A stretch of DNA of 32,000 nt from contig NZ_LGHJ01000020.1 in assembly GCF_001306055.1 (NCBI RefSeq), forward strand, positions 85,970 to 117,969. The letters are read 5' to 3'. The position numbers and the translations under genes are program-made. The notes under the pieces were generated by a model. The model had not been told where the DNA came from and searched no databases. It saw only the letters and a program-made list of their open reading frames with translations. Shown here in pieces: positions 9,383 through 17,292 of this stretch; position 1 is the first letter of the stretch; the number at the start of each line of letters is the position of its first letter. Source of the stretch: Bellilinea caldifistulae. Lineage in GTDB: Bacteria > Chloroflexota > Anaerolineae > Anaerolineales > Anaerolineaceae.

Positions 9383-10573
9383 ATGTCCAAATCCAGCCGC
9401 TATGCGATGTTCGCTCTGTTATATTTTGCCCAAGGGGCGATTCTGAGTTATTTTACCGCTCTCAACTCTCTTTATTTACTTCGTTTTGATTTGACGATGA
9501 GCCAAATCGGACTGGTTGGGGCAATCGGACTGATTCCGTTTGTATTGAAAATTTTCCTAGGGATGTTGAGCGACCGGGTCAATTTAGCCGGTTGGGGATA
9601 CCGAAAACCCTACATTGTTATCGGTTTGCTCGTTCAAAGTGCCTGTCTGCTGATCGTTCCCCAAATTAATCCGGGAAGTCAGTATGGCTTATATGCGCTG
9701 CTGGCTTTTGTTTTGATGCTGGGAATGGCTTTGTACGATACCTGTACCGATGGTTATGCTCTGGATACTACACCCCTTGAAGAACAAGGGACTATTCAGG
9801 GGTTTATGGTTGGCGGCCGGGCATTAGGAGTGGTTGCCATTTCGGCGATTTTAGGCGTGCTGGTGGAAGTTTGGGGCTGGCCGACGGCATTTTACAGTCT
9901 GGCAGTTCTTTCGTTGATTCCCCTTCCACTGGTATTGCAAATTCGGGAAAAGCCACGCAAAGCCGAACAGCAATTTTCCTGGGGGGCTTTCCGGGCTTTT
10001 ACTAAGGTGTCCGTCATTTCGCTGGCGGTGTTGGGGGCGTTGTACTCGCTGATCATCAACGGTGCAAATCAACTGGTCAATCCTTTTTTGCAAAATCAAT
10101 TTGGAATTACGTATGCCGCGGCAGGGTTTGTGACGACGGTATGGGGCATTGGGGTGGTGTTGGGTTCGCTGGCGGGCGGGCGGTTGACCGACCGCTGGGG
10201 ACAACAACCATCCGTGATTCGAGCCATGTTCCTTTCACTGGGGGCAATTTTGCTGCTGGCGTTCACCAGCGCGGCATGGATGGTCTGGCCGTTGGTTATT
10301 CTGTTTGGACTGGCTTACGGTTTTTATGAGACGGTTTATTTCGCGCTTTCGATGAGCAAGACTGACCCGCGCATTGCCGCTTCCATGTTTTCCATATTGA
10401 TGGCAGTGGCCAATATTGGGACAGGCATTGGACTGGCATTGAGCGGCACGCTGGTGGATTCGATTGGTTTTGGGTTGACATTCATGGTATTGGCGGGTTT
10501 GAATTTGCTTGCAATCCCCTTAGTCGGGCTTATTTTTGGAAGGCGGCAAGCCGTTTCAGCGCCGCTTTCATGA
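9383..10573 (+). CDS. MFS transporter (BT1/AmpG-like subfamily impression)
   Basis: About 12 TM helices, with an MFS loop 2-3 motif GMLSDRVNLAGWGYRKP and a second-half GGRLTDRWG. ATG at 9383 with GAGGAA at 9373-9378. Confidence 0.85.
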   Translation: MSKSSRYAMFALLYFAQGAILSYFTALNSLYLLRFDLTMSQIGLVGAIGLIPFVLKIFLGMLSDRVNLAGWGYRKPYIVIGLLVQSACLLIVPQINPGSQYGLYALLAFVLMLGMALYDTCTDGYALDTTPLEEQGTIQGFMVGGRALGVVAISAILGVLVEVWGWPTAFYSLAVLSLIPLPLVLQIREKPRKAEQQFSWGAFRAFTKVSVISLAVLGALYSLIINGANQLVNPFLQNQFGITYAAAGFVTTVWGIGVVLGSLAGGRLTDRWGQQPSVIRAMFLSLGAILLLAFTSAAWMVWPLVILFGLAYGFYETVYFALSMSKTDPRIAASMFSILMAVANIGTGIGLALSGTLVDSIGFGLTFMVLAGLNLLAIPLVGLIFGRRQAVSAPLS

Positions 10574-10586
10574 AACGGAGGATCGA

Positions 10587-11129
10587 ATGGAAGGCAACGG
10601 TAGCGTTGTGAAATTTCAACTTCCCTTTCCGGATAGCTACTGGGTTATCCCCGGCCGCCTGCTCGCGGGCGAATACCCCGGTGCCATTGAGGAACATTCT
10701 GCCCGTAAAAAATTAGTCAGCCTGTTGCATTGCGGTGTCAACGCAGTTCTCAACCTGACGGAGGAAGGCGAACTGGTGGATTATGCTTCGTGGTTGATGG
10801 AAGAAGCGGCCGATTTCGGGTTGGATGTGGAAATCAGACGAATGCCGATCCGTGATTTTTCGACACCCGGTGTGGTGGAAATGATGGCAATTTTGAACCA
10901 GATGGATGAGTGGCTCAATCAGGGTAAAACGGTGTATGTGCATTGCTACGGCGGGATCGGCCGAACGGGTACAGTGGTAGGATGTTACCTGGTGAGAAAG
11001 GGGTTATCACCACGCCAAGCTTTGCAGCAAATTGCAGAACTTCGCCGCGGCACACCGGATCACTGGCGGCGTTCGCCTGAAACGGACGAACAAGTGGAGT
11101 TTGTGCTGAGCTGGCGGAAAGACCAGTAA
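10587..11129 (+). CDS. Dual-specificity / protein-tyrosine phosphatase (CX5R)
   Basis: Catalytic loop VHCYGGIGRTGTV (HCxxGxxRT). GGAGGA at 10577-10582. The start lies 14 nt after the MFS stop. Confidence 0.8.
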   Translation: MEGNGSVVKFQLPFPDSYWVIPGRLLAGEYPGAIEEHSARKKLVSLLHCGVNAVLNLTEEGELVDYASWLMEEAADFGLDVEIRRMPIRDFSTPGVVEMMAILNQMDEWLNQGKTVYVHCYGGIGRTGTVVGCYLVRKGLSPRQALQQIAELRRGTPDHWRRSPETDEQVEFVLSWRKDQ

Positions 11130-11146
11130 GAAAAGGATTAAGGAAG

Positions 11147-11584
11147 ATGGAAATTGAGATTGTCCCTTTTGAGATAAAGGATTACGACGAGGTTTATCAA
11201 CTGTGGCAATCATGCGAAGGAATTGGTCTCAGCGAAGCGGATTCCCCAAACCGAATTCAGCGTTATCTTGAACGTAATCCGGGCTGTAGTTTTGTGGCTC
11301 GTAAAGATGGGCAGATTGTCGGAGCTGTGTTGGGCGGACATGATGGCCGGCGCGGTTATTTGCATCATCTGGCCGTTCATCCGGCGGCGCGTAAAATGGG
11401 TATTGGCAGCAGTCTGGCGGCGACGGCTTTAAGAGAATTGAGCCGGCAGGGGATTGATCGGGTGCATATCTTTGTGTATGCGGATAATCGGGCGGGAATT
11501 GCTTTTTGGGAAAGGATTGGCTGGCGGCTGCGTAACAATCTGGTATTGATGTCCATTGATCTTCAAAACCGCTTTACCGACTGA
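11147..11584 (+). CDS. GNAT family N-acetyltransferase (small, YpeA-like)
   Basis: 145 aa. Contains IVGAVLGGHDGRRGYLHHLAVHPAARKMGIGSSL (motif A R-x-x-G-x-G/S) and NRAGIAFWERIGW. Confidence 0.85.
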   Translation: MEIEIVPFEIKDYDEVYQLWQSCEGIGLSEADSPNRIQRYLERNPGCSFVARKDGQIVGAVLGGHDGRRGYLHHLAVHPAARKMGIGSSLAATALRELSRQGIDRVHIFVYADNRAGIAFWERIGWRLRNNLVLMSIDLQNRFTD

Positions 11585-11963
11585 GCGAATTGAATAGCCG
11601 CTGGAGCGGTTTATCCAGCACAGTGAGCAGGCAAAAGCACGAAAAGCAAACCAAAGCAACCACAATCAAGATGCTGCTCAGCAGCGAACGCCGTAAAGTT
11701 CTCCAACGGGGCATCTTGATTTCACGCCATTGAGGAGCGGAATCCCAGTTGAGTTCCGGGTTCGAGAAGGTATTCCCTTGGGGGGAAATCACTTCGATTT
11801 CAGGGCGTGGGGGTTGGTCTATCTTTGTGCCAGCCATCTGTTCGGCTTGAATCGGCCGCTCAGCGCGAATGAAAATACCACAATACTCGCAAACCACTCC
11901 GGCGGGGGATTGAGAGTCGGGTAAAGGCGCACCACAGGCTGGGCAGTTAGGACTTTGCAACAT
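11574..11963 (-). CDS. Hypothetical zinc-ribbon protein with a C-terminal TM anchor
   Basis: CPACG...CEYCG at the N-terminus and a hydrophobic stretch LLSSILIVVALVCFSCFCLLTVL near the C-terminus. The SD is weak. Its 3' end overlaps the convergent GNAT gene by 11 nt. Confidence 0.4.
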   Translation of the reverse strand: MLQSPNCPACGAPLPDSQSPAGVVCEYCGIFIRAERPIQAEQMAGTKIDQPPRPEIEVISPQGNTFSNPELNWDSAPQWREIKMPRWRTLRRSLLSSILIVVALVCFSCFCLLTVLDKPLQRLFNSLSR

Positions 11964-12072
11964 TTTCCGAGAACCTCATTGGGAAAGGGGATTGACTAAA
12001 GAGCCTCTGGCTCTAGTTCAAAAGGTTTGACATGTCTTTGGCTGAAGAATAAGCAGAGATTAAAATCCATTT

Positions 12073-12798
12073 TTGAATTTTACCCGTTATTGGATAGGCC
12101 TGCTATCCATCCTGGCATTGCTCTTTTCTGCTTGTGTTCCACGTTTGGATCTTCAAGAATTTGAGTCGGTTGAAACAAAACAATCCAAATTAAGGTACCT
12201 CGCTTTGGGTGATTCCTATACGGTTGGGGAAGGTATAAGTAAGGGGGATTCACTGCCTTATCAACTGGTGGATGAATTGGCGGAAGAGGGTTATTCATTT
12301 GGAGAACCATTGGTGATTGCGCGCACAGGATGGACAACCGATGAGTTGATCCGCGCAATGGATGAAAAACCACCTGAGGGAAGGTATGATCTGGTTACCC
12401 TGCTTATCGGGGTCAATAATCAATTTCGTGGATATTCTCTGGAAATCTACCGAAGTGAATTCGGAGAATTGCTGGAGCGTTCCATTGAATATGTCGGCAG
12501 CAACCCAGCCTGTGTGATCGTGCTCTCTATACCCGATTGGGGAGTTACGCCATTTGCTCAAAGGATGGGATTCGAACGAGGACAGATTTCTCTCCAAATT
12601 GACCGCTTCAATTGGATTAACCGCGAGGAATCCGAACTGGCGGGGGTGAGATATGTGGATATCACAGCGATTTCTCGTCGGGCTGGAGATGAGGTAAATT
12701 GGGTTGCAGCAGACGGGTTACATCCTTCGCGTAGCATGATTCAGGCGTGGGTAGAGAAGACTCTCCCTGAAGCAAAAGCCTGTTTGAATGAAAAATAA
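12073..12798 (+). CDS. SGNH/GDSL hydrolase, predicted lipoprotein
   Basis: Signal peptide with lipobox LFSAC. Block I LALGDSYTVGEG, block III GVNN and block V DGLHPS are present. TTG is the only available start. Confidence 0.78.
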   Translation: MNFTRYWIGLLSILALLFSACVPRLDLQEFESVETKQSKLRYLALGDSYTVGEGISKGDSLPYQLVDELAEEGYSFGEPLVIARTGWTTDELIRAMDEKPPEGRYDLVTLLIGVNNQFRGYSLEIYRSEFGELLERSIEYVGSNPACVIVLSIPDWGVTPFAQRMGFERGQISLQIDRFNWINREESELAGVRYVDITAISRRAGDEVNWVAADGLHPSRSMIQAWVEKTLPEAKACLNEK

Positions 12799-12819
12799 AA
12801 AATTTTGCAATTTTGCGAC

Positions 12820-12848
12820 TTGACCTAGCGGGTTGGGTTGGGTATGAT
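12820..12848 (+). promoter_or_regulatory. sigma70-like promoter for the PEP carboxylase gene (TTGACC-17 nt-TATGAT)
   Basis: ttgacc at 12820-12825 and tatgat at 12843-12848, with an exact 17-nt spacer. AGAGG SD lies at 12866-12870. Confidence 0.6.
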
Positions 12849-12877
12849 TTACCAATCTAAAAAAAAGAGGCAAGAAA

Positions 12878-14338
12878 ATGGTCAAGATCCCGCGCTGTAT
12901 GAGTACCCAACATCCCGATAATGTGCAAGTTCCCTTCTTTTCGGATAATTCCGAGCTGCAAGGGGAAGACGAAGTGCAGGAAGCCTATTATGTTTTTTCG
13001 CATCTCGGCTGTGATGAGCAGATGTGGGATTACGAAGGCAAGGAAGTTGATAATTTTGTCATTAAAAAATTATTGACTACCTATACCTCGTATTTTCAGC
13101 AAAACTTAATCGGCAGAGACGTTTTTATCACGCCGCGCATCCCAAACCCGGCGGTTGAACGCAGTGAGGCAAAAATCCTGCTGGAAACCCTCGGCAGTAT
13201 TCCGCGTTCTTACGATGCGGCTGAGATATTTCAGGCCGGACACCCCGCCCCGATTTTTGAAGTTATCCTGCCAATGACCATCTCGGCTGAGGATTTGAAC
13301 CGGATTTATGTTTATTACGAACACTTTGTGGCAGGACGCAACAACACAAAGCTGCCCGGCACGGATCTCACCATTGGGGAATGGCTGGGACAGTTTCGCC
13401 CACAACGTATTCACGTGATTCCTTTATTCGAGGCGGTGGAACACATGCTGGCTGCGGCGGATGTGATGGAAGAATACCTGCGGGATAAGCCATTAGAATA
13501 TCATCGGGTGTTCCTGGCCAGGTCCGATCCGGCGATGAATTCCGGGTTGGTCAGTACGGTACTGGCCAATAAAATTGCCTTGAAGCGGCTTGAAAAATTG
13601 GAAAAGAGGCTGGGAAAGCCACTCTATCCAATTCTGGGGGTGGGTTCTGCGCCTTTTCGCGGGCATCTTAAACCTTCAACCGTCGAACAGGTGGTGCAGG
13701 AATACCCTTCGGTGCAGACTTTCACGATTCAATCGGCGTTCAAGTATGATTATCCGGCCCTGCAAGTAGGGCAGGCCATCCGCCGGCTGCATGAGTTGCC
13801 GCGCAGGGCGGCTCAAGAAGTGGATGAGAAGCGTTGCTTTGAAATAATGGAGAAGTACACTCAAGCCTATCGAGAAGCAATCATGGAACTGGCCGGGGTG
13901 ATTAACAATGTTGCTGCTTATGTGCCCCGCCGGCGTAAACGCAAATTACACATCGGTTTGTTCGGTTATTCCCGCAATGTCAACGGTGTTTCGTTGCCAC
14001 GCGCCATTTCCTTCACGGCAGCGTTGTACACCATTGGTCTGCCCCCGGAATTGTTGGGTCTGCAATCTTTGAGCAACGAAGATCTGGCGTTTCTGCGCCA
14101 AACCTACATCAACCTTGATGCTGATCTGCAGGCTGCCTTACGCTTTGCGGATCTGGAAAATCCATTCCTTAAGAAGGAGTTACGGCAGGCTATTGACCGG
14201 TTGGGGATTTCAGTGGAAGTTAACCAGGATCACCTGGAAATCAGCCGTCGGGTGGTGGAAGCCGTGCGGAACAATCGCTTCCACCGGTTGGATGAATGGA
14301 TCCTTCAGGCGGCAAATTTACGCCAGTTTTTAGGATGA
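12878..14338 (+). CDS. ppcA: Archaeal-type phosphoenolpyruvate carboxylase (PEPcase_2 family)
   Basis: 486 aa. The N-terminal signature KIPRCMSTQHPDN is the hallmark I recall for the short archaeal-type PEPC. The length fits that class and not the roughly 900-aa bacterial Ppc. Confidence 0.82.
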   Translation: MVKIPRCMSTQHPDNVQVPFFSDNSELQGEDEVQEAYYVFSHLGCDEQMWDYEGKEVDNFVIKKLLTTYTSYFQQNLIGRDVFITPRIPNPAVERSEAKILLETLGSIPRSYDAAEIFQAGHPAPIFEVILPMTISAEDLNRIYVYYEHFVAGRNNTKLPGTDLTIGEWLGQFRPQRIHVIPLFEAVEHMLAAADVMEEYLRDKPLEYHRVFLARSDPAMNSGLVSTVLANKIALKRLEKLEKRLGKPLYPILGVGSAPFRGHLKPSTVEQVVQEYPSVQTFTIQSAFKYDYPALQVGQAIRRLHELPRRAAQEVDEKRCFEIMEKYTQAYREAIMELAGVINNVAAYVPRRRKRKLHIGLFGYSRNVNGVSLPRAISFTAALYTIGLPPELLGLQSLSNEDLAFLRQTYINLDADLQAALRFADLENPFLKKELRQAIDRLGISVEVNQDHLEISRRVVEAVRNNRFHRLDEWILQAANLRQFLG

Positions 14339-14355
14339 GATTGTTGGTAGCAGAA

Positions 14356-14391
14356 AAAGGCTTCCCCACCAATTTCGGGGGGAAGCCTTTT
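14356..14391. terminator. Bidirectional hairpin terminator shared by ppcA and the sulfur operon
   Basis: aaaggcttcccc (14356-14367) pairs with ggggaagccttt (14379-14390). It is flanked by an A-run on the left and a T-run on the right, between convergent genes. Confidence 0.7.
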
Positions 14392-14411
14392 AGCGGTTTG
14401 GTTCTTTGGGG

Positions 14412-14909
14412 TTAGATAAAGACGATCTGAGCGCCTTCGGTCATGTCCATGAAGTCGCCGGCTGTAACGATGTCAATCACCCCCTCGACGAAATCGTCTT
14501 TGGTCAGACCCATCATGTCCACCGACATTTTGCAGGCATACAATTTCGCGCCAGCATCTACCAGCATTTGCAGGTATTCGCGCACCGGTGGCACTTCCAA
14601 AGCCTTCATTTTGTCTTTCATTAACTTAGTGGCAAATGCGGTCATTCCGGGCAGGATGCCAACGATGTTGGGAATGCCCAGATTACCCGGTATACCCATC
14701 ATGCTCATCTTCATGCTGGTGTTAGCTACCGGGGCAATTTCCAGATGATCAACGCGATGTTTGTTGATGATGTCCAATCCCCAGAAAGTGAAGAAAATGG
14801 TGACATCAATGCCATTCCCGAGGGCTGCCCAACCCATCACCAGTGCAGGCAGTGCCATATCTAGCGTGCCTTTTGAGCAGATAAATGCTATCTTGCGTTC
14901 GTCAGACAT
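14412..14909 (-). CDS. DsrE/DsrF/DrsH-like (DsrE2-type) sulfur-carrier family protein
   Basis: The N-terminus KIAFICSKGTLDMALPALVMGWAALGNGIDVTIFFTFWGLDII matches my memory of the PF13686-type fold. Conserved Cys residues sit in FICSKG and YACKMS. AAGGAG SD is present. Confidence 0.78.
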   Translation of the reverse strand: MSDERKIAFICSKGTLDMALPALVMGWAALGNGIDVTIFFTFWGLDIINKHRVDHLEIAPVANTSMKMSMMGIPGNLGIPNIVGILPGMTAFATKLMKDKMKALEVPPVREYLQMLVDAGAKLYACKMSVDMMGLTKDDFVEGVIDIVTAGDFMDMTEGAQIVFI

Positions 14910-14952
14910 TGCAGTTTCTCCTTATTCCACTTTAAGTATTTGGAGTGCGGAT

Positions 14953-15270
14953 TTATACACAGCCCTCGGGTTTGCCCAGTCCAGCAATCCGGGCGACCTT
15001 CTTGGCAGGTCCTTTGGGGAACAGGGCGAAGAGTTCCTTCGTTGAAACCCCCGTACCCACTGTAATCTGTCGAAGGGTAGGTGCCTTGCCGCTTGCGCCT
15101 GCGGACTGCCGGCAGAAGTTGATAATCTTCCAGTGTTCAGCAGTCAGCTCGGGGATGCCTTCTTCTTTGGCGATTTCGACGGCAATTTCCTCAGTCCATT
15201 CATTTGGATTGATCATGAAGCCTTCTTCGTTGACTTCAACGGTCTTTCCTGCAATTGTTTTTGCAACCAT
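14953..15270 (-). CDS. TusE/DsrC/DsvC family sulfur-relay protein (single C-terminal Cys)
   Basis: 105 aa. Contains EWTEEIA...LTAEHWKIINFCR...LFPKGPAKKVARIAGLGKPEGCV, with the family-defining C-terminal arm ending in G-C-V. GGAGGA SD is present. Confidence 0.85.
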   Translation of the reverse strand: MVAKTIAGKTVEVNEEGFMINPNEWTEEIAVEIAKEEGIPELTAEHWKIINFCRQSAGASGKAPTLRQITVGTGVSTKELFALFPKGPAKKVARIAGLGKPEGCV

Positions 15271-15328
15271 GATTTTTTCCTCCGGTTTTTTTTTAGAATT
15301 GATTTAGTATGAGCTTCACGCTCAGGGT

Positions 15329-16033
15329 TTATGAACTGGATTGGACGGGTTGTCCATTGACACTTTGCACGCCAATGGCGCGTAAAATCCGCAGGGTTAG
15401 CGCCAGACCGCGCCGCACGGCCGGGTCTTGCATCTGACGCAGTATGCTCCACATGGAGGTATCCACCGGTTGAGACACTTCTTCTTCCGCCAACAATAAG
15501 GTGTTGCGCACAAATGACATGATTTCCGGTTGGGTCATATCTTTGACCGTATTCAAGATCAGGACAATGTTATCGCTCAGCCGATTGACATCTTCCTCGG
15601 TGAAGGAAGTTACCACATTGTCCACCAGCCGGCCACCGCCGCGCGCAAAGGCGAAATACCCTTTTCGGTCGAGTTCATCCATCAAATCGGTCAGTTTGGT
15701 GATCATCTCACGACTGATCGGACCTACCGTGGCGAGCAGGTCACTCAGGCTATCCAGTTGGTCGAGCAGCATTTCCAGCTGAGGTACATGCCGGAGAAGT
15801 TTCTTGCTCAGGCGCAGCAGGTCCTCCATGCGGATTTCTTCCTGCACTTCCTCGAGTTCGCGGGTGACGATGTCCATTGCCTCGCGGGCAATCGGCATGG
15901 CCGTATCCACGAGGTCGGCGCGTGATTCTCTTTCCTGTTGTGCCAGACGTGCCTGTTCTGTCAGGTAAGCCACCTGTGCGGTTAGCGCATCCAGTTTTTG
16001 GTTGAGAGCCAGGAGATCGGTTTCAAGAGTCAT
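15329..16033 (-). CDS. DUF1641 domain protein with an N-terminal coiled coil
   Basis: The C-terminal SILRQMQDPAVRRGLALTLRILRAIG resembles the DUF1641 signature. The start lies 8 nt after the SQR-like gene stop, with GGAGGG SD. Confidence 0.65.
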   Translation of the reverse strand: MTLETDLLALNQKLDALTAQVAYLTEQARLAQQERESRADLVDTAMPIAREAMDIVTRELEEVQEEIRMEDLLRLSKKLLRHVPQLEMLLDQLDSLSDLLATVGPISREMITKLTDLMDELDRKGYFAFARGGGRLVDNVVTSFTEEDVNRLSDNIVLILNTVKDMTQPEIMSFVRNTLLLAEEEVSQPVDTSMWSILRQMQDPAVRRGLALTLRILRAIGVQSVNGQPVQSSS

Positions 16034-16041
16034 GATCCCTC

Positions 16042-17274
16042 CTATACCAATCGCTTACCACTCATGCTCATTTCAGAGGGAAGGGGGACTTCCATGCCTT
16101 TGAGCAAAAGATGCCAGTACATCCAGCGGAACATCAGCTTGCCCCAATGGTTGAATTCCGACTCTTCCAGCAGAGTCAATGGCCCAATTCCCGGCAGAGG
16201 GTAGCGCCCCGGTAAAGGTTCCTGCTCGTAGTTGAAGTCAATCATCAAACCTTTACCAAAGCCTGTCTCGATGAAGCAGTTGGCGTGACCGTCAAAATAG
16301 GGCTTTAATTCATGGCCTTCCACATAACGCAGGAAGTTTTCAGTGAACAGGTCAATGGCAAAGTGGGCGGTGGCGCCGGCTTTCGAAGCCGGAGCGTCGG
16401 AGGCATCCCCCAGAACGAAGATATTATCATAGGCTTTGGAACGCAGGGTGTATTGATCTACGGGAACGTAGTTCAATTCATTGCCCAGGCCGGAACGGGC
16501 GACAAACTCAGCCCCCTTGTTGAGGGGCACGGTCACGAGCAAATCGTATTCGATTTCGCGCTCATCGTAGGAAACGATTTTTTTAGCATCCGGTTCAACC
16601 CGTTCGATCATAAAATCAGCCTCAACCTGGATATTCTTGCGCTCCAACAGTTCACCCAAGAGACGGGAGGCAACCGGTTTTGTAAATGCACCTGGGAGGG
16701 GAGTAGCGTAAATGATTTCCACGCGGTCGCGTTTGCCGTGTTTGTGAAAGTGCCAATCGGCCAGCATGATGAATTCCAGAGGTGCGACCGGGCACTTAAT
16801 CGGATTTTCAACCACATTGACCACCAACCGCCCGCCTTCCCAATTGTGAAGCATCTGGTTTAGTTTCAGGCTGGTATCCAGCGTGTAGAACGAATGAATG
16901 GATTTTCCCCATTCATGTTCAGCCATGCCGGGGGTTTCTTCAGGGTGGATGTCGGTACCGGTGGCAATGATCAAATAATCGTAAGAAAGGGATTGTTTGT
17001 TGGCAAGCCGGACAAGCCGTTGCACAGGATCAACCTCTTCGACTGCGGACTGGATGAGTGTGAGCGGGGCAGAGATGTAATCCCGTTTGGGCTTGATGAC
17101 ATCTTTCCTGGTGTACATTCCAAAAGGAATGAACAGGAAACCGGGTTGATAGTAGTGGATTGGATCAGGGTCAACCAGCGTGATTTGCCATTCATCCAGA
17201 TCCATGACTCGCTTGAAGCGATTGGCTACAATTGTTCCAGCCGTACCTGCACCTAAGATGACCAGTTTTTTCAT
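16042..17274 (-). CDS. sqr: Sulfide:quinone oxidoreductase-like FAD-dependent pyridine nucleotide-disulfide oxidoreductase
   Basis: N-terminal KKLVILGAGTAGT FAD fold. Cys motifs PIKCPVAPLE and DGHANCFIETG resemble the two redox cysteines of SQR enzymes. GD motif VLGDAS is present. The C-terminus is amphipathic and Trp-rich (WGKLMFRWMYWHLLLKG). Confidence 0.78.
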   Translation of the reverse strand: MKKLVILGAGTAGTIVANRFKRVMDLDEWQITLVDPDPIHYYQPGFLFIPFGMYTRKDVIKPKRDYISAPLTLIQSAVEEVDPVQRLVRLANKQSLSYDYLIIATGTDIHPEETPGMAEHEWGKSIHSFYTLDTSLKLNQMLHNWEGGRLVVNVVENPIKCPVAPLEFIMLADWHFHKHGKRDRVEIIYATPLPGAFTKPVASRLLGELLERKNIQVEADFMIERVEPDAKKIVSYDEREIEYDLLVTVPLNKGAEFVARSGLGNELNYVPVDQYTLRSKAYDNIFVLGDASDAPASKAGATAHFAIDLFTENFLRYVEGHELKPYFDGHANCFIETGFGKGLMIDFNYEQEPLPGRYPLPGIGPLTLLEESEFNHWGKLMFRWMYWHLLLKGMEVPLPSEMSMSGKRLV

Positions 17275-17292
17275 GGAAACTTGCTCCTTTTA

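Noticed and set aside
12036-12075. Leaderless transcript for the SGNH lipoprotein (TTGGCT-17-TAAAAT ending just before TTG 12073)
   Set aside because: The promoter match is weak, and leaderless initiation on TTG is unlikely. The evidence is too thin to report.
16312-17256. 183-aa and 120-aa plus-strand ORFs opposite the SQR-like gene
   Set aside because: They are antisense to a complete flavoprotein with an FAD fold and both Cys motifs, and they have no start context.
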